Part shown: positions 62,801 to 64,000 of the stretch, in pieces
How the letters are laid out: every line of letters begins with the position of its first letter
Numbering within the stretch: the stretch's first letter is position 1
NCBI GenBank assembly: GCA_946965045.2
Contig: OX337229.1
Coordinates: 2,666,001-2,730,000, forward strand
Origin: Epithemia pelagica
Taxonomy: Eukaryota; Protista; Bacillariophyta
Direction: 5' to 3'
DNA length: 64,000 nt
The notes under the pieces: model-generated
What the model was told of the DNA's origin: nothing
Databases searched by the model: none
Seen by the model: the letters and a program-made list of their open reading frames with translations, nothing else
Position numbers and translations under genes: made by a program

Positions 62801-64000
62801 TCCAATATTGACAAGAAGGTGATCTCATGCAGTCAACTTGTGGAATACAATGGACAGGACAACCAGGAACAGGCAACTGAAAAGGTTGTTTTCCAATTCA
62901 GAGATGTTGTCATACATCAAGGACCTTCGAGCAGTAACAACAACCCTGACTACAAAGGAAGTCGCTGGAATGAACTTGTTGATTGGGAGACTGGGGAGAT
63001 GATCTTTGAGCCTCCAACACCCACCATAACCATTGTCTATGGCAAGAAACATGACCTACTGAATGAACTTGGATGGAAGCATTTCAAGCATTTTGTCAAG
63101 ATCAGTGAATGCCTCATTCAAGCTGCTAAACAGCAGTCAAGAATCAAGCAACTCAGTCTTTTTGTCAAGTACAAGTTTGGTTACCCACACGTTCCACAGA
63201 CACACAAAGAAGCAATTGTTTTAGACAGGCAACATGGCAAAAACAAGTGGCAATACACTACCAATTTTGGACCCTCACAGATTCAATCACTAAAGACATT
63301 GAAGGATCATGATCAAGTTCAAGTCCATCTTGGGAAAATGTTAGATGCACAAGAAGAGTATCAGAACAAGATTCAAGTCTATCGTGTGAAACATGATGAT
63401 AGATGCAAGGCACTTCTCGTCACGTGTGAACATTTTACCAAAGAACCAGTTGAGGCAATCTGTCCATGTGCTATTTCCTTTTGCAACTTCCATACTACCA
63501 TCTACCTTGGGCCTCTCAATGATATGGATATATGGAGAGCATACATTGGAAATGCATGCAACCTGAAAGCTTTAGCTGGGGAAAAGACCTTGATAGTCGC
63601 AAGACAAGAACTCAAGGAATTATGTCACACCTTGGTTACCTACTACAAGACCTCAAATGGATTCGATTCTTCAGGAGAACGTCAACATGACTGTTTATTT
63701 GATGTCTTTCTTGATATGGATTTGTCACCAAGTAAAGCAATTCCCAATGTTTGGATGAAGAAAGCACCCGGGGAGAAGAGCTCTGAAGGTATCTGCAACA
63801 ACTTTACACTCAAGAATGATGGATTTATTATCAACTGCCTCAGACATTTTTATACACCAATCCAGAAGATGTTCTCGGCAAACATTGGAAATTCTCCACA
63901 TGCTAGACGATGTTCAAGACCTTCTTCTTCTTCTGGAATGGAAACAATCACAAGAATGAAAAAGGAAAATAACAATCCTCACTCGACGAATTGTGGGGAG
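59840..64000 (+). CDS. E3 uninterrupted polyprotein ORF (at least 1387 codons, no stop in window): Gag + protease + degenerate pol
   Basis: Manual translation from ATG 59840 finds no stop to base 64000. Gag FKKGTKRDAMAYETFKDERYY...; PR LIDRGADGGLAG; remnants HQGP, YKGS, WETGE, KYKFG; RT motif DIGNAY degraded to YIGNAC and no YVDD. Confidence 0.9.
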   Translation, partial: MEPTTPTTPEFNPNQSISDQEVFDHITQVLFNFSKERVDVLVKWMHHHAFDDILSIIEHMAIDPEKNMDSMTKYKSGKQMHDLHVNTSQQIKLLAHWFRQTSIDIQGIPSKATWMNLTKAEFDLWRINTDFRSGSPITDPVSPMKSPSHSTSPKSFSTTSAASQSQLDLTAFKKGTKRDAMAYETFKDERYYDTFWRTFKTTAKAQGLSNVLDFRYKPPTNDTYATELFQEQQIFLYSVLVRIIQTDQGRAYVREHEHDEDARAVLQKLHTLHTKSDLAKREVLRLTNYISNLRLDDTWRGSSRQFLLHFQDKLRLLDNLVDLSDRIPDHTRMTFLMQAVEKVPDLRRVKILDNVVNTKSGAKSLCYQSYFSILMDAAYDHDQVTQSSATGRRRSVKQHEQHETQHDIEGSLQEDNAYQINNTNVQDDNTASPKASLPRDLWFKLPEDARKVIVEYNKNVQAPTPSPRNVQQHSLDIDPEPDPDPGQDVFDDLDNLTYPQDDSDPATHLIHQAMTSTDLNHPASDLSNVLSNAASKTSKKVSFKQKEHKQKIHMAQYMFSRKSTYTGNQLIDRGADGGLAGADMRILSKTGRNITTVGIDNHELTGLPIVTCAAKFETNDGPIVGIFNEYAYYGTGQSIHAPCQLEHYGLSVDERSVKVDGKQRIATLDGRALPLCIKDGLAYIQYLGVPSDDDMDRSAKVDGKQCITILGGRAIPLHSKNGLSYIHSLGIPSDDDMDTLPQIIFTSPDIWDPGVLDHLHPASSPDSASNWQQVNTDGSMTHHPYDNDNYGEYTDRDVCNLTHLLDLPYDHGPDTPSFSLPLIGDSCSKLYHQDHNMRTEKRYPTVKKMPYVIINVSGHLPLQILNGRPPNFSQPLFFLLCDKVFFCTESYAPYLCPDASSGEESLPNKPNDKQADTVFICSKGEDPSAQMPTIKNCDKIFGQAFPYKPAEGNGEQQEACIIQHVNLEQDAFKQEACIKKYIFCKHNSNIDKKVISCSQLVEYNGQDNQEQATEKVVFQFRDVVIHQGPSSSNNNPDYKGSRWNELVDWETGEMIFEPPTPTITIVYGKKHDLLNELGWKHFKHFVKISECLIQAAKQQSRIKQLSLFVKYKFGYPHVPQTHKEAIVLDRQHGKNKWQYTTNFGPSQIQSLKTLKDHDQVQVHLGKMLDAQEEYQNKIQVYRVKHDDRCKALLVTCEHFTKEPVEAICPCAISFCNFHTTIYLGPLNDMDIWRAYIGNACNLKALAGEKTLIVARQELKELCHTLVTYYKTSNGFDSSGERQHDCLFDVFLDMDLSPSKAIPNVWMKKAPGEKSSEGICNNFTLKNDGFIINCLRHFYTPIQKMFSANIGNSPHARRCSRPSSSSGMETITRMKKENNNPHSTNCGE

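Larger units (their letters stand above)
58948..64000 (+). mobile_element. Copia-derived LTR element E3 (non-autonomous); its 3' LTR is expected just beyond the window
   Basis: Candidate LTR TGTTGG...ATCAACA, CoDi-type gag and PR, remnants of IN, RT and RNase H. The window ends on the PPT-like GTGGGGAG. Confidence 0.88.

Noticed and set aside
59822-63052. Short ORFs listed in the track across the E3 region
   Set aside because: They are alternative-frame or antisense fragments of the single long plus-strand ORF starting at 59840.

Overview
Eukaryotic, gene-dense nuclear DNA, most likely from a diatom. This is inferred from diatom-type (CoDi-like) Ty1/copia elements, bipartite plastid-type presequences, Lys-rich secreted-protein motifs and compact head-to-head gene pairs. 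About 23 host genes occupy 9-46 kb and 55-58.6 kb, including cytochrome P450, a double-MYND protein, a CCR4-like EEP nuclease, an Npl4-like gene, ISY1, an ERD2-like gene, COG3, CMC4, two TMEM175-like channels, two SET proteins, dephospho-CoA kinase and an intron-containing PhoX. Three Ty1/copia LTR retrotransposons flank them. E1 (1-8165, minus) has nearly identical LTRs that appear to end AG...CT. E2 (46092-54998, minus) has identical 189-bp LTRs ending CG...CG and a 4-bp target-site duplication (TSD); its 3' LTR carries a DNA transposon, which itself carries a MITE inside its terminal inverted repeat (TIR). E3 (about 58948 to beyond the window end, plus) has an uninterrupted ORF of at least 1387 codons that is missing from the supplied ORF track. 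In E3, Gag and protease look intact, whereas integrase, RT and RNase H are deleted, CpG-eroded and catalytically dead, yet contain no in-frame stop. The E3 open-but-dead pol frame and the non-TG/CA LTR termini are the most unusual signals. All domain calls are by-eye motif recognition; no database search was run.
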